Positions 38,033-46,736 of a stretch of DNA of 64,000 nucleotides are shown in pieces. Numbering within the stretch: the first letter of the stretch is position 1; every line of letters begins with the position of its first letter. The notes below the pieces were generated by a model. The model saw only the letters and a list, made by a program, of their open reading frames with translations. It did not search any database and was not told the DNA's origin. The position numbers and the translations under genes were made by a program. Origin of the DNA: Nitrospinaceae bacterium (GTDB lineage Bacteria > Nitrospinota > Nitrospinia > Nitrospinales > VA-1); the NCBI GenBank assembly GCA_046754465.1, contig JBHHVU010000002.1, forward strand, positions 59,614 to 123,613, in the 5' to 3' direction.

Positions 38033-39607
38033 CTATTGATTCTCTATATGACTGTACAGCTTGGCCTGCAATTTTTTATCTTTCGGCAAATGGAGCTTCT
38101 CGTAAATTTTGATCAACCGCAGATGAACCACGGGGTTGAAAGGATTGATGCGCGCCGCCCGGTCGAAATATTCCCGGGCCTGTTGGAATTTTTCCATCTG
38201 GAAATAAAGTTCTCCGAGATTCGCCAGCGTGGTGTGAAAATCGGGGTAATGCCGGAGACTTTTTTTCAGGAGGATTTCGGCCTTGTCGTACTCTTTTATG
38301 ATGAGATGGACCCCGGCAAGTTTGTTGTAGAGAATAGGGGACTCGGTCCGGTTTTCCCTGAGGGCCTTTTCGTATTCCAGGATCGCGGCCTTTAATTGGT
38401 TCCGTGATTTTAAAATGTCTCCGAGAAACGTCAGGTCCTGCGTCCGTCCTGTTCCAACCTCCCGATAATCCTTTTCGTCCCCGGTATCCGACCGGTCAGT
38501 TTTAAAGCGGGTTTGCAGGGGCCTGAGGCCGGGAATGGAATTCAGGTTTTTCTGGCTCATGAACTGTTTCCAGCGTTCTTGAAACACGGGCAGGTCCATG
38601 CCGGCCCGGTTTGGGAAAACGGACTCGAAGGGCTGGCCCTCCGCCAGGTCCTTGAGGAAAAGGGAGAAGACCCGCTCCCCTTTTTCCTGGATTAAAAAAT
38701 CCATCATGGTGGCTACTTCGGCGTAGGCGAGTTGCACGTCTTCCTGGGTTTTCAATTTTGCCAGGGAAGGCATCATGCTTTCCAGGGAAACCAGGTAATC
38801 GTTGGCCAGCCCGCTCGCCAGAACGGTTTCCATGAGCGGACTCAAAAAAGCCCCGCCCTCGCGCCAGCGGCTCTCGAAATGCTTGGCGATGCCTTCGTGC
38901 ATCCAGAGGGGAAGGTTGTTGTGGCTCTTTTTGGTGAGCAGGTAATGGATGTATTCGTGACTGAGTGTGTCCATCCAGTTGTATCCCCGCACCAGGGACG
39001 CGGGCGAAATCAACATGATCCGGTTGTACTTGCAAAGAGCAACCGTCCCGGAAATGAGGATATCCTTGCGCGTCAGGGGCGACACCTGGGACAACGGTTC
39101 CCGGTTGGGATAGATTTCCACGAGGACTTTCCCCCGGGGGTGGTAGTCGAAGAGTTCGCCGAGAACCTGGTAGGACCGTTCCAGAACCTTTTTGGCGTAG
39201 GGGATGAGGATTTCGTCGGCGCCTTGAACAAAACGGAATATAAAATGCTCCGACTCCCGTGAGATGAAATGGGACGCGGCCTTCTGGGTCTCGTTGACCA
39301 GGACCTTGAATTCCCGGATCGGCCGATGCTGGTTATCGACATGTTTCAGAATTTTCCAGGCGTGCTCGTAGTTCCCCTTGAAAAATTCCACCTTGGCGCG
39401 CAGGAAATGGGCGTCCCCCAGTTTCGGGTATTTTTCCAGCAGGGATAATGAGAGGGCGTCCGCTTCCTCGGTCCTCCAGTCCTCGACCAGCCGGTAACCT
39501 TCAAGAATCTGGGGGGGGACGATTTCGGTTTTTTCCGCCGCGGCTTGGGGGAGGCCAGTCATCAGGAGACCCGCCGCCAAACCCAGGGCTGTCCATAGAG
39601 CTTTCAT
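38033..39607 (-). CDS. Secreted protein with gluzincin-like HExxH...E motif (peptidase_MA-like) and C-terminal TPR repeats
   Basis: Signal peptide MKALWTALGLAAGLLMTGLPQAAA. Motifs LSHEYIHYLL ... WMHEGIAKHFE. TPR-like repeats in the last ~150 aa. ATGA start/stop overlap with the upstream gene. Confidence 0.5.
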   Translation of the reverse strand: MKALWTALGLAAGLLMTGLPQAAAEKTEIVPPQILEGYRLVEDWRTEEADALSLSLLEKYPKLGDAHFLRAKVEFFKGNYEHAWKILKHVDNQHRPIREFKVLVNETQKAASHFISRESEHFIFRFVQGADEILIPYAKKVLERSYQVLGELFDYHPRGKVLVEIYPNREPLSQVSPLTRKDILISGTVALCKYNRIMLISPASLVRGYNWMDTLSHEYIHYLLTKKSHNNLPLWMHEGIAKHFESRWREGGAFLSPLMETVLASGLANDYLVSLESMMPSLAKLKTQEDVQLAYAEVATMMDFLIQEKGERVFSLFLKDLAEGQPFESVFPNRAGMDLPVFQERWKQFMSQKNLNSIPGLRPLQTRFKTDRSDTGDEKDYREVGTGRTQDLTFLGDILKSRNQLKAAILEYEKALRENRTESPILYNKLAGVHLIIKEYDKAEILLKKSLRHYPDFHTTLANLGELYFQMEKFQQAREYFDRAARINPFNPVVHLRLIKIYEKLHLPKDKKLQAKLYSHIENQ

Positions 39608-42600
39608 TGGACCAACTCCTTGTAATATTCCATCACCCGGCGCTCGTAGTTTTTGGGCGTGTGCTTTTTCATGGCGTCGAGGATTTCTTCCCGGAACTCG
39701 CTGGGGACCCTGTACTGGTCTTCGGAGGGCAGGCGGATCCTTTCTTTTTGCATGCGAACGGAACCGCCGCGGCGCGGGTCCCGGGAACTGCCGGTGCCCA
39801 GTTTTAAAGGAATCTTGCGGGTCGCCCGAGAGCTCATCTGGCTGTTGGCCTCCTTGATCTCCTTGAGCAAGTCTCGGGTTTCCTGGAGCTGCTTGAGGGC
39901 CCGGTTTTCCGACTGGATGCTCTTATGCACGTTGGGTTCCTGAAGATGGCCTTCCGCCCTTTTCATGTGCTGGCCGGCCCGTGACATCTTGGCGGCCAGT
40001 TCGGGAGTGATCATGGGATTTTGCTGGTTCATTTTACCGAACCGCCGGGTCAGCCGGTCCGCTTCATCGCGCATCTCTTTTTCCTTTTGCGACATTCGGT
40101 TCAATTCCGATTGTTGCTTTTCGCTCAACAGGGACTGTTCGCTCTTTTGGATCATCCGCATCATCGAGCCCAGTTTTTTAGAAATTTCGCCGTTCAACCG
40201 GGTGACCTGCCTCAGGTCTTCATCCATTCGGTCACCGAGGTCTTCTCGCCGGTTACGTGCCGTTCGCAGGTTGTTCTGCCATTGAAATACTTCCGGGTAG
40301 GTGTTCTTGAACAGACTGTTGAATTCGTTGAGGTCAAACAGCTTTGTCAATTCCTCGAGGGTCCCGTATTTTTCCCGCAAGCCTGGAAGCGCTTCCTTGA
40401 ACCGTTGGAATATCTTCACCCTTAAGGCATCCATCTCCATGAGAATTCTCGAGAGCTCTTTGCGGGAGGCGTTGAGGGATTTGAAGTTTTTCCCCAGATT
40501 CGGGCTCAAACCGGAATCGACGGTTTTCTGGCTCAATTCCTGAATTTTCTGGTTCATCCGGGTTTCTTCGTCCCGCAAACCGTCCCAGGTTTTCATGGCC
40601 GGGTGTTCTTCGAGATATTTTTCATCCTCCCCAAGGATCGATTGGATTTCCTGGACGTCCCGCCTGAGTTCGGTGAACAGACTGTCGAGTGCTCCCTCGA
40701 ATTGTTTGGACTGCAATTCGCGGAGGCCCTGATTGATTTGGGTGGTTTGTTTCAGTAATTTTTCCTGCTGTTTTTCAAGCTTGAGAATTCTTTCCATGGA
40801 ATCGTCCAGTTGTTCCATGGTTTGCATGTCGATCATGTCGTCCAGATTGGACCGGGCCTGATCCAATTGGTTGGCGAGAATCCGCAGGTCCTCGGCGGCC
40901 TTTTCCAGTTCTTTCAGGGCGTCCTCCATCTTTCCCCGGTTGACGAGGTCCATAATCCGGTCCAGGGAGGCGGTGAATTTTTCCAGATCCATCCTCTTGA
41001 AAGCGCCCGGGTTGAGGAACTCATCGGGCAGCGATTGAGTCTGCCGGGCGAGTTGGTCCATGATCTTTTGCAACGTCTGGCGGATTTGTTCGATCTTGGC
41101 TCTCAATTCTGCCGGGCGCGGCTTCGTTTTTTTTTCGCGGATGTTCTCGAACTCTTCCCGAAGCGACTCGGTGAGGTCGTGAAGCTCCCTTTCCAGGTCC
41201 ATGACTTGATCCATCTTTTGCCGGTTGGTCATTTTCACCAAAAACAGAATGTCCGTTTCAAGGTGGGCGATCAACCGGCCGTTGAGGGATTCCAGGGGAA
41301 GAACACTGTACGACACGGGGGTGGATTTATGGACCCGGCTCTGGATTTTATTGATCATGTCGATCTGTTCTTCACGGATCCGGGTCAGCCCGAATATGAT
41401 GTTCTTCAAAAGATTGGAATAGGGACGCGGGAAAAAATCCAGGGATTTCGCCCGATCGAGGATACGTTGGGACCGGCCGATGATATCAATGAGGGAATCG
41501 ACGCTGGCAACCAGGTAATTCTTCCATTTCATCGGGTCGGTGGGGGCGCCCTGTAACTCGGAGCCTTTCACCAGACTGACGGATAATTGGGCGATCAGTT
41601 TCTCGGTCAGCTGTTCCTGCAGTTGAATCAGGTCTTCCTGTTCTTTTTTGAAATCGAAAATGGTGAAGGAAAAAGTTTCCGACTGCCCGGTGTTGGGGCC
41701 CCGCACATTGTCGTTGTCTTTCACTTCAAGATAATACTGCACCTCATCCCCGGGATGGAGCCGCATTTCGTCCAGGTGCCAGGAGTAACTCCCCTTAGCG
41801 TCCTTTTCTCTGGCCCGCGGGGTTTTGACCCCCCTGCGCATTGCCTTGCCGTTGACGAAGGCCACCAGATCGATTTGCTTGATACCGTAATCGTCGTTGG
41901 CTTCGTAGAACATCTCGACCTTACCGTTATCGTAATAAACGGGTTTGGGATTGGCGAGGAAAAGAATGATCGACGGAGACTGGTCCTGGTTCAGGGAAAT
42001 GGAATACTTTTTCGGTAACAGGTATTTGTTGCCGTCCGGGTCCTTCACCCGGATCTGGTAAAACCCCTTTTCCTTCACCAAAAACTGGGTGGCGAGGGTT
42101 TGGTCCTCCGCGATCTGCATGGAGAAATCGTCCCGCCGGTTTAAAACCAAGTCTCCCCCGGTGATGGGAAGATTGGTTTGGGCGCGGATTTGGACCTCGG
42201 TTCCGGGAAGAGCCTGGATTTTCCCGTCGGAGGGGTCGATGGTTTCGCTTTCCAGCCCTGTGTACGCGGGATAATGGAAAGCAAGCGCCAGATGCTTAAT
42301 GGAATAATCCGCGGCCCGCGGAACAGGTTTCCCCGCGGGAGCCGCCGCCCGGGCCGACAGGATCTCCTTCGGGGAGGACGGCGCGGTGGTCCAGTTATGA
42401 TAACCGCGTGTCAATAGATCCGGAACCAGAACAATCGCCGCGATCATGCACACCACCGCCGCCAGGAAAAGGTTGCGGTTCTTTCCCACATCCGCCGGGT
42501 CGACGACGGAATCGGGGTCGATCTCCTCGATCTGGGCCTGGGTCCGCCGCAGCTGCTCCTGGACCATGGAAAGCGAGATGCGTTGGTCCATCTCCGGTTG

Positions 42601-42939
42601 GGTGAGCTGCCGCGTGAACTGACAGGCATTGATCAGGGAGTTGTTGAGGGCGGGGTATTTTTCTTCCGTCAGCAAGGCCGCCCGGTCGATGGGAAACCGC
42701 AGTGTTCCGCGGCGGCCGAAATAGTAAAACAAAAGGCCCGTGAGGGCCATGAAAAACAGAATCAAAAAGGGAATGCCGAAATTCTGGAGCCCGGGGACAT
42801 AATAGGAGAGAAGATTTCCAAGGAGAACGCTTCCGGTCAGGAAAGCAAGAAGAACATAAACTCCCTTGACGATCTGGATTCCTCTCCGCCTTCGGCGCAC
42901 CCGGGAAAGGAAATTCTCAATAAAAATGCGTGGGTCCAT
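39604..42939 (-). CDS. Large (1111 aa) membrane-anchored protein with beta-rich domain and long coiled-coil region; function unknown
   Basis: Two N-terminal TM helices and a third TM around residue 160. The central segment is beta-sandwich-like. Heptad-rich E/K/Q/L sequence spans residues ~430-1000. A distinctive C-terminal tail ends ...YRVPSEFREEILDAMKKHTPKNYERRVMEYYKELVQ. Confidence 0.5.
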   Translation of the reverse strand: MDPRIFIENFLSRVRRRRRGIQIVKGVYVLLAFLTGSVLLGNLLSYYVPGLQNFGIPFLILFFMALTGLLFYYFGRRGTLRFPIDRAALLTEEKYPALNNSLINACQFTRQLTQPEMDQRISLSMVQEQLRRTQAQIEEIDPDSVVDPADVGKNRNLFLAAVVCMIAAIVLVPDLLTRGYHNWTTAPSSPKEILSARAAAPAGKPVPRAADYSIKHLALAFHYPAYTGLESETIDPSDGKIQALPGTEVQIRAQTNLPITGGDLVLNRRDDFSMQIAEDQTLATQFLVKEKGFYQIRVKDPDGNKYLLPKKYSISLNQDQSPSIILFLANPKPVYYDNGKVEMFYEANDDYGIKQIDLVAFVNGKAMRRGVKTPRAREKDAKGSYSWHLDEMRLHPGDEVQYYLEVKDNDNVRGPNTGQSETFSFTIFDFKKEQEDLIQLQEQLTEKLIAQLSVSLVKGSELQGAPTDPMKWKNYLVASVDSLIDIIGRSQRILDRAKSLDFFPRPYSNLLKNIIFGLTRIREEQIDMINKIQSRVHKSTPVSYSVLPLESLNGRLIAHLETDILFLVKMTNRQKMDQVMDLERELHDLTESLREEFENIREKKTKPRPAELRAKIEQIRQTLQKIMDQLARQTQSLPDEFLNPGAFKRMDLEKFTASLDRIMDLVNRGKMEDALKELEKAAEDLRILANQLDQARSNLDDMIDMQTMEQLDDSMERILKLEKQQEKLLKQTTQINQGLRELQSKQFEGALDSLFTELRRDVQEIQSILGEDEKYLEEHPAMKTWDGLRDEETRMNQKIQELSQKTVDSGLSPNLGKNFKSLNASRKELSRILMEMDALRVKIFQRFKEALPGLREKYGTLEELTKLFDLNEFNSLFKNTYPEVFQWQNNLRTARNRREDLGDRMDEDLRQVTRLNGEISKKLGSMMRMIQKSEQSLLSEKQQSELNRMSQKEKEMRDEADRLTRRFGKMNQQNPMITPELAAKMSRAGQHMKRAEGHLQEPNVHKSIQSENRALKQLQETRDLLKEIKEANSQMSSRATRKIPLKLGTGSSRDPRRGGSVRMQKERIRLPSEDQYRVPSEFREEILDAMKKHTPKNYERRVMEYYKELVQ

Positions 42940-43051
42940 GGGGAAAAGCTCGAATCATTGCCATTTTCATTGTATTACATCCCCGTACAAATCCCAAGGA
43001 AATCGCCAGCCCCCTTTCCGGGAGACGACGGGACCCGGTTCCCCCCGTCCG

Positions 43052-43828
43052 CTAACTTTCCGGGTTCTCCTCCTTGGAGGGGCCGGGTGATTTTTGTTGT
43101 TGGAAGGGGCCGAACAATTCGATGGGAAAGGGAACAAAGGTTGTGGTGTTCCTTTCCGTTGAAATGTCCAGAAGGGTTTGCAGAAACCGCAGTTGCAGGG
43201 CCGGAGGGTGAGCCCCGATCCGGTCCGCCGCCTCACTGATTTTTTGCGCCGCCTCGAATTCGCCCTGGGCGTTGATCACCTTGGCCCGCCGTTCCCTTTC
43301 CGCCTCCGCCTGCTTGGCGAGGGCGCGCTGCATCTCCTGCGGCAGATCCACGTTTTTCACCTCCACGTTGGCCACCTTGACTCCCCAAGGTTCGGTCTGC
43401 TCGTCGATCACCTGTTGCAGTTGCTTATTGATTTCGTCCCGGCGGGATAAAAGGTCGTCCAGTTGGCTCTGCCCCAGAACACTCCGCAAAGTTGTCTGCG
43501 ACAACTGGGACGTCGCGTAAAGAAAGTCCTCCACTTCGATGATCGCGCTTCTCGGGTTGACCACCCGGAAATAGACCACCGCGTTCACCTTGACCGTCAC
43601 ATTGTCCCGGGTGATGATGTCCTGGGACGGAACATCCATCACCACCGTGCGAAGACTCACCTTAACCATTTTCTGAACTCCCGGAATGACGATGATAAGC
43701 CCCGGTCCCTTGACTTTCCAAAACTTTCCCAGGAGAAAAATCACTCCTCTCTCGTATTCCCGAAGAATTTTGATCGCGCTGGCGACCAGAAGCAGCAAGA
43801 GGATTATTAACGTTAATAAACCATTCAT
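43052..43828 (-). CDS. SPFH/band-7 (stomatin/prohibitin-like) membrane protein
   Basis: N-terminal [22 protein letters not shown] core [15 protein letters not shown] ... [19 protein letters not shown]-terminal coiled coil [15 protein letters not shown]. Start trimmed to MNGLL. Confidence 0.85.
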   Translation of the reverse strand: MNGLLTLIILLLLLVASAIKILREYERGVIFLLGKFWKVKGPGLIIVIPGVQKMVKVSLRTVVMDVPSQDIITRDNVTVKVNAVVYFRVVNPRSAIIEVEDFLYATSQLSQTTLRSVLGQSQLDDLLSRRDEINKQLQQVIDEQTEPWGVKVANVEVKNVDLPQEMQRALAKQAEAERERRAKVINAQGEFEAAQKISEAADRIGAHPPALQLRFLQTLLDISTERNTTTFVPFPIELFGPFQQQKSPGPSKEENPES

Positions 43829-43976
43829 ATCCTGTTTCTCCTCTGAATTTTTTTCCTGAACGGACCAATACAGCATAATAACAGTTTTCGCCAAACCTTA
43901 TGGTAAAATAAAAATTATGTGGAATTCCCGTCAAAAACCGCTGACCCGGCCTCATATAAGGAGATGGCCCCTTGCC

Positions 43977-44777
43977 ATGGCAGGGTTTATCTGGATGCTG
44001 ACGTGGATGGGAACCGCGAGCGCGGGAGAACATCTTCTTCAGGTGGTTGCCGGGGGCCGGGCCGATGCCGCGGGCTCGGTGAGCGTTTGGCTGACCTTGA
44101 AAAATGCCGGGAACCGGCCCATTTTCAATATCCATCCCAGGCTCCAATTCCATCACACCCAATCGATGATGTCCCGGATCGTCAAGCTGGAACCGGGGCA
44201 ATCCATCACCCTCGAAAATACGGAACACCCTCCCGTCCTGCGGGTGGGACGCTACCCCCTCGTGGCGAGGGTGAGTTACCGGAAAAGCCCAACCGACGCG
44301 GTTCCCTTGTCCCTGATTCATACCGGGTCGTTTTATTTTCAGGAACCCGTGGAATCGGTGATCCAGGGCCGGATCGATTCCTCGGTGGAACCCCGGGGCG
44401 CGTTGTTGAGGGTCCGCTTGATAAACAATTCCACGGCGCTGAAAAATGTCCGGATGATGCTGCTTTTGCCGCCGGGCCTGATCGCCAAAAGTTTTCGCGG
44501 AATGATGGGGGTGACCCTCCGGGGCGGAGAACAGAAAAACTTCACCGTGCCTGTCCAGAAAAGCGCCGATAGCCGTGAGGGCGGATACCCCGTGCATCTC
44601 ATGATCGAGTACGCTGAAATGGTCAAGCATTACACCGGAGAAATCCGGGGTAGGATCCATTTCGGAACGGTGTGGGATTCCGGTGCCTATGGACCCCACC
44701 TGGCCGTCATCGCCGCGATGAGCCTGGCGCTATTTTTGGCGTATCGCTGGAAAGCCAGGCGCTCTCTCCAGACATAA
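43977..44777 (+). CDS. Hypothetical secreted protein with C-terminal membrane anchor
   Basis: Signal peptide MAGFIWMLTWMGTASA, beta-rich body and a C-terminal TM LAVIAAMSLALFLAYRW followed by a basic tail. The antisense ORF 43662..44699 was rejected for its His/Gly/Arg/Pro-rich composition. Confidence 0.45.
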   Translation: MAGFIWMLTWMGTASAGEHLLQVVAGGRADAAGSVSVWLTLKNAGNRPIFNIHPRLQFHHTQSMMSRIVKLEPGQSITLENTEHPPVLRVGRYPLVARVSYRKSPTDAVPLSLIHTGSFYFQEPVESVIQGRIDSSVEPRGALLRVRLINNSTALKNVRMMLLLPPGLIAKSFRGMMGVTLRGGEQKNFTVPVQKSADSREGGYPVHLMIEYAEMVKHYTGEIRGRIHFGTVWDSGAYGPHLAVIAAMSLALFLAYRWKARRSLQT

Positions 44778-44847
44778 CCGCAAACTTTGCGGTCAAAAAC
44801 CCTTTAAGGAAATTCCCGCGGAGTCTTCCCCTGCGTTTGCCCGCAAG

Positions 44848-45291
44848 TCAGTTGCGTTTCGATTTGAGCTGTTTGGCGGCGGCGAGGGCGAGGGTGAACC
44901 AGCCGATCATAAAGGAAAGACCGCCGAACGGAGTCACGGGTCCAAAAAAACGGGGTCCGTCGAAGGTAAGAATATAGAGACTGCCGCAAAACAGCAGGAT
45001 TCCCGCCGTAAAGAACATGCCCGCCTTCTTCAGCGCCCGGGCGCCGGTCTCTCCCAGTTGCAGAGAAAGAAGGCCCAACAGGATAAGCGCCAGGCCATGA
45101 TAGCCCATGTAATGGGTGGCGGTATGAAACACGGCCATTTTCTGTGCCGTTAGCAGGGTTTTCAGGGAATGGGCTCCGAAAGCCCCCAGCACGATGCTCA
45201 ATCCCGAGAACGCCGCGCCCAGGATAACCCAGAGCCTGCCGGGTTCGGGGGAAAGGGATGGGGTGGATGGGTCAGGGGATTCCGGGTTCAT
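44848..45291 (-). CDS. DUF423 family membrane protein
   Basis: Four predicted TM helices. GAFGAH...L motif typical of DUF423. Confidence 0.6.
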   Translation of the reverse strand: MNPESPDPSTPSLSPEPGRLWVILGAAFSGLSIVLGAFGAHSLKTLLTAQKMAVFHTATHYMGYHGLALILLGLLSLQLGETGARALKKAGMFFTAGILLFCGSLYILTFDGPRFFGPVTPFGGLSFMIGWFTLALAAAKQLKSKRN

Positions 45292-45338
45292 GAGACACCA
45301 GGGGGTTCAGGGGAACGGTGTGATGGGATGCCCCATTG

Positions 45339-46736
45339 CTAGGCTTCTCCCACCAGGTTGTATCGCCGGGGACGGTAGTCCACGCCGAATTCCTTGTTGA
45401 CGATTTCCTCGCAGGCGGCCTCGTCCACACCCTCCTGCCGGGTGACGATCGTGGCCTGCACCCGGGGAATGTGTCTTTTAGCTTCCACGATGAATTCCCG
45501 GATTTTGCCGTAAATCCCGTTTTTGAACCCGGGCAGGGGACGGCACACCTCGTCGTAGGCCTCGGAACTGTCGCTGTTGAGGCTGACCGAAACCTCGTCG
45601 ATCAGGCCCGCGAGTTCGGGCAGGATGTTTCGCTTGTGGATGACGTTGCCGTGTCCGTTGGTGTTCAGCCGCACCCGGCCGCCGGCGTCCTTGATTTTCC
45701 GGGCCACCTCCTTGATCACATCGAGCCGCAGCGTGGGTTCGCCGTACCCGCAGAACACGATTTCGTCGTACCGGGTGGGATCGTCGATGGCCTCCCAGAC
45801 TTCCGCGGCGGTGGGTTCGCGGTCGAGTTTAAGATTGTATCCCTGGACGACGGGCCGGGTCAGCCGCGTGCAGAACACGCAATCGTTGGTGCACCGTGTG
45901 GTCAGGTTGAGGTACAGGGAGTTTCGGATCTGATAGGAAACCGTGCCCGTTGGGGCATTTTCCCCGATCCCGAACAATTCGAAAAAATTCAGTTCGGTGG
46001 TTCTTTCGAGATCTTCCAGCCTCAATCCGCGCACCTCCGCTACTTTTTCCGCAGTGTGGGTCACGAAGGACGGTTCGTTCCGTTTCCCCCGTTTGGGAAC
46101 CGGGGCCAGGAAGGGACAGTCGGTTTCCACGAACAGGCGGTCGGCGGGAATGGATTGCGCCACCGCCCTCAGTTCCTCCGATTTCTTGAACGTCACCGAT
46201 CCCGAAAACGAGATGTAAAATCCCATCTCAAGGCCTTTTTCCGCCAGTTCCCGATCCCCGGAAAAGCAATGAAAAATGCCCGAACGAGCCTTTTCATTGG
46301 GGGAATAAAATTCGGACAGGATAGAAATCATGTCTTCCTTGGCGTCCCGGCAGTGCACGATGACGGGTTTGTCCAGTTCCCGGGCGAGTTCCAGTTGTTT
46401 CCTGAAGTGGGTCCGCTGGAGGTCCGGAGGTGAATAGTTCTTGAAAAAATCCAGTCCCATCTCCCCCATCGCGGCGGCCCGAGGGTGCTGGAGCAATTTT
46501 TTGAGATCGCCGTAGGTGGTCCCGTTGATGGACTTGACATCGTGCGGGTGGACCCCGGCGGTGGCGTAAATGAAATCGTAGCGTTCGGCCAGCGCCAGGG
46601 AGCGGCGGCTGCTTTCCACGTCGCAGCCGATGTTGAGGATGTACTTGACGCCTTGGTCCCGGGCGCGCTGGATCACCTGGGTTCGGTCCTCGTCGTAGGC
46701 GTCCATATCGAGGTGAGCATGGGTATCGATGATCAT
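45339..46736 (-). CDS. TatD-family metal-dependent hydrolase fused to a radical SAM domain
   Basis: N-terminal MIIDTHAHLDMD ... TatD fold over ~260 aa. The C-terminal domain has CTNDCVFC (CxxxCxxC). Confidence 0.75.
   Translation of the reverse strand: MIIDTHAHLDMDAYDEDRTQVIQRARDQGVKYILNIGCDVESSRRSLALAERYDFIYATAGVHPHDVKSINGTTYGDLKKLLQHPRAAAMGEMGLDFFKNYSPPDLQRTHFRKQLELARELDKPVIVHCRDAKEDMISILSEFYSPNEKARSGIFHCFSGDRELAEKGLEMGFYISFSGSVTFKKSEELRAVAQSIPADRLFVETDCPFLAPVPKRGKRNEPSFVTHTAEKVAEVRGLRLEDLERTTELNFFELFGIGENAPTGTVSYQIRNSLYLNLTTRCTNDCVFCTRLTRPVVQGYNLKLDREPTAAEVWEAIDDPTRYDEIVFCGYGEPTLRLDVIKEVARKIKDAGGRVRLNTNGHGNVIHKRNILPELAGLIDEVSVSLNSDSSEAYDEVCRPLPGFKNGIYGKIREFIVEAKRHIPRVQATIVTRQEGVDEAACEEIVNKEFGVDYRPRRYNLVGEA

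Noticed and set aside
39604-42939. Possible vWA MIDAS motif (DQSPS) in the 1111-aa protein that would make the MoxR cluster a standard Bat-like operon
   Set aside because: The DxSxS-like string is not preceded by the hydrophobic beta-strand of vWA domains, and no downstream Thr/Asp MIDAS residues are evident. Left as a check inside the finding rather than a call.
43662-44699. 345-aa minus-strand ORF overlapping the secreted protein gene 43977..44777
   Set aside because: Its His/Gly/Arg/Pro-rich, low-complexity translation looks like an antisense artefact. The + strand ORF has a signal peptide, a C-terminal TM helix and sensible composition.
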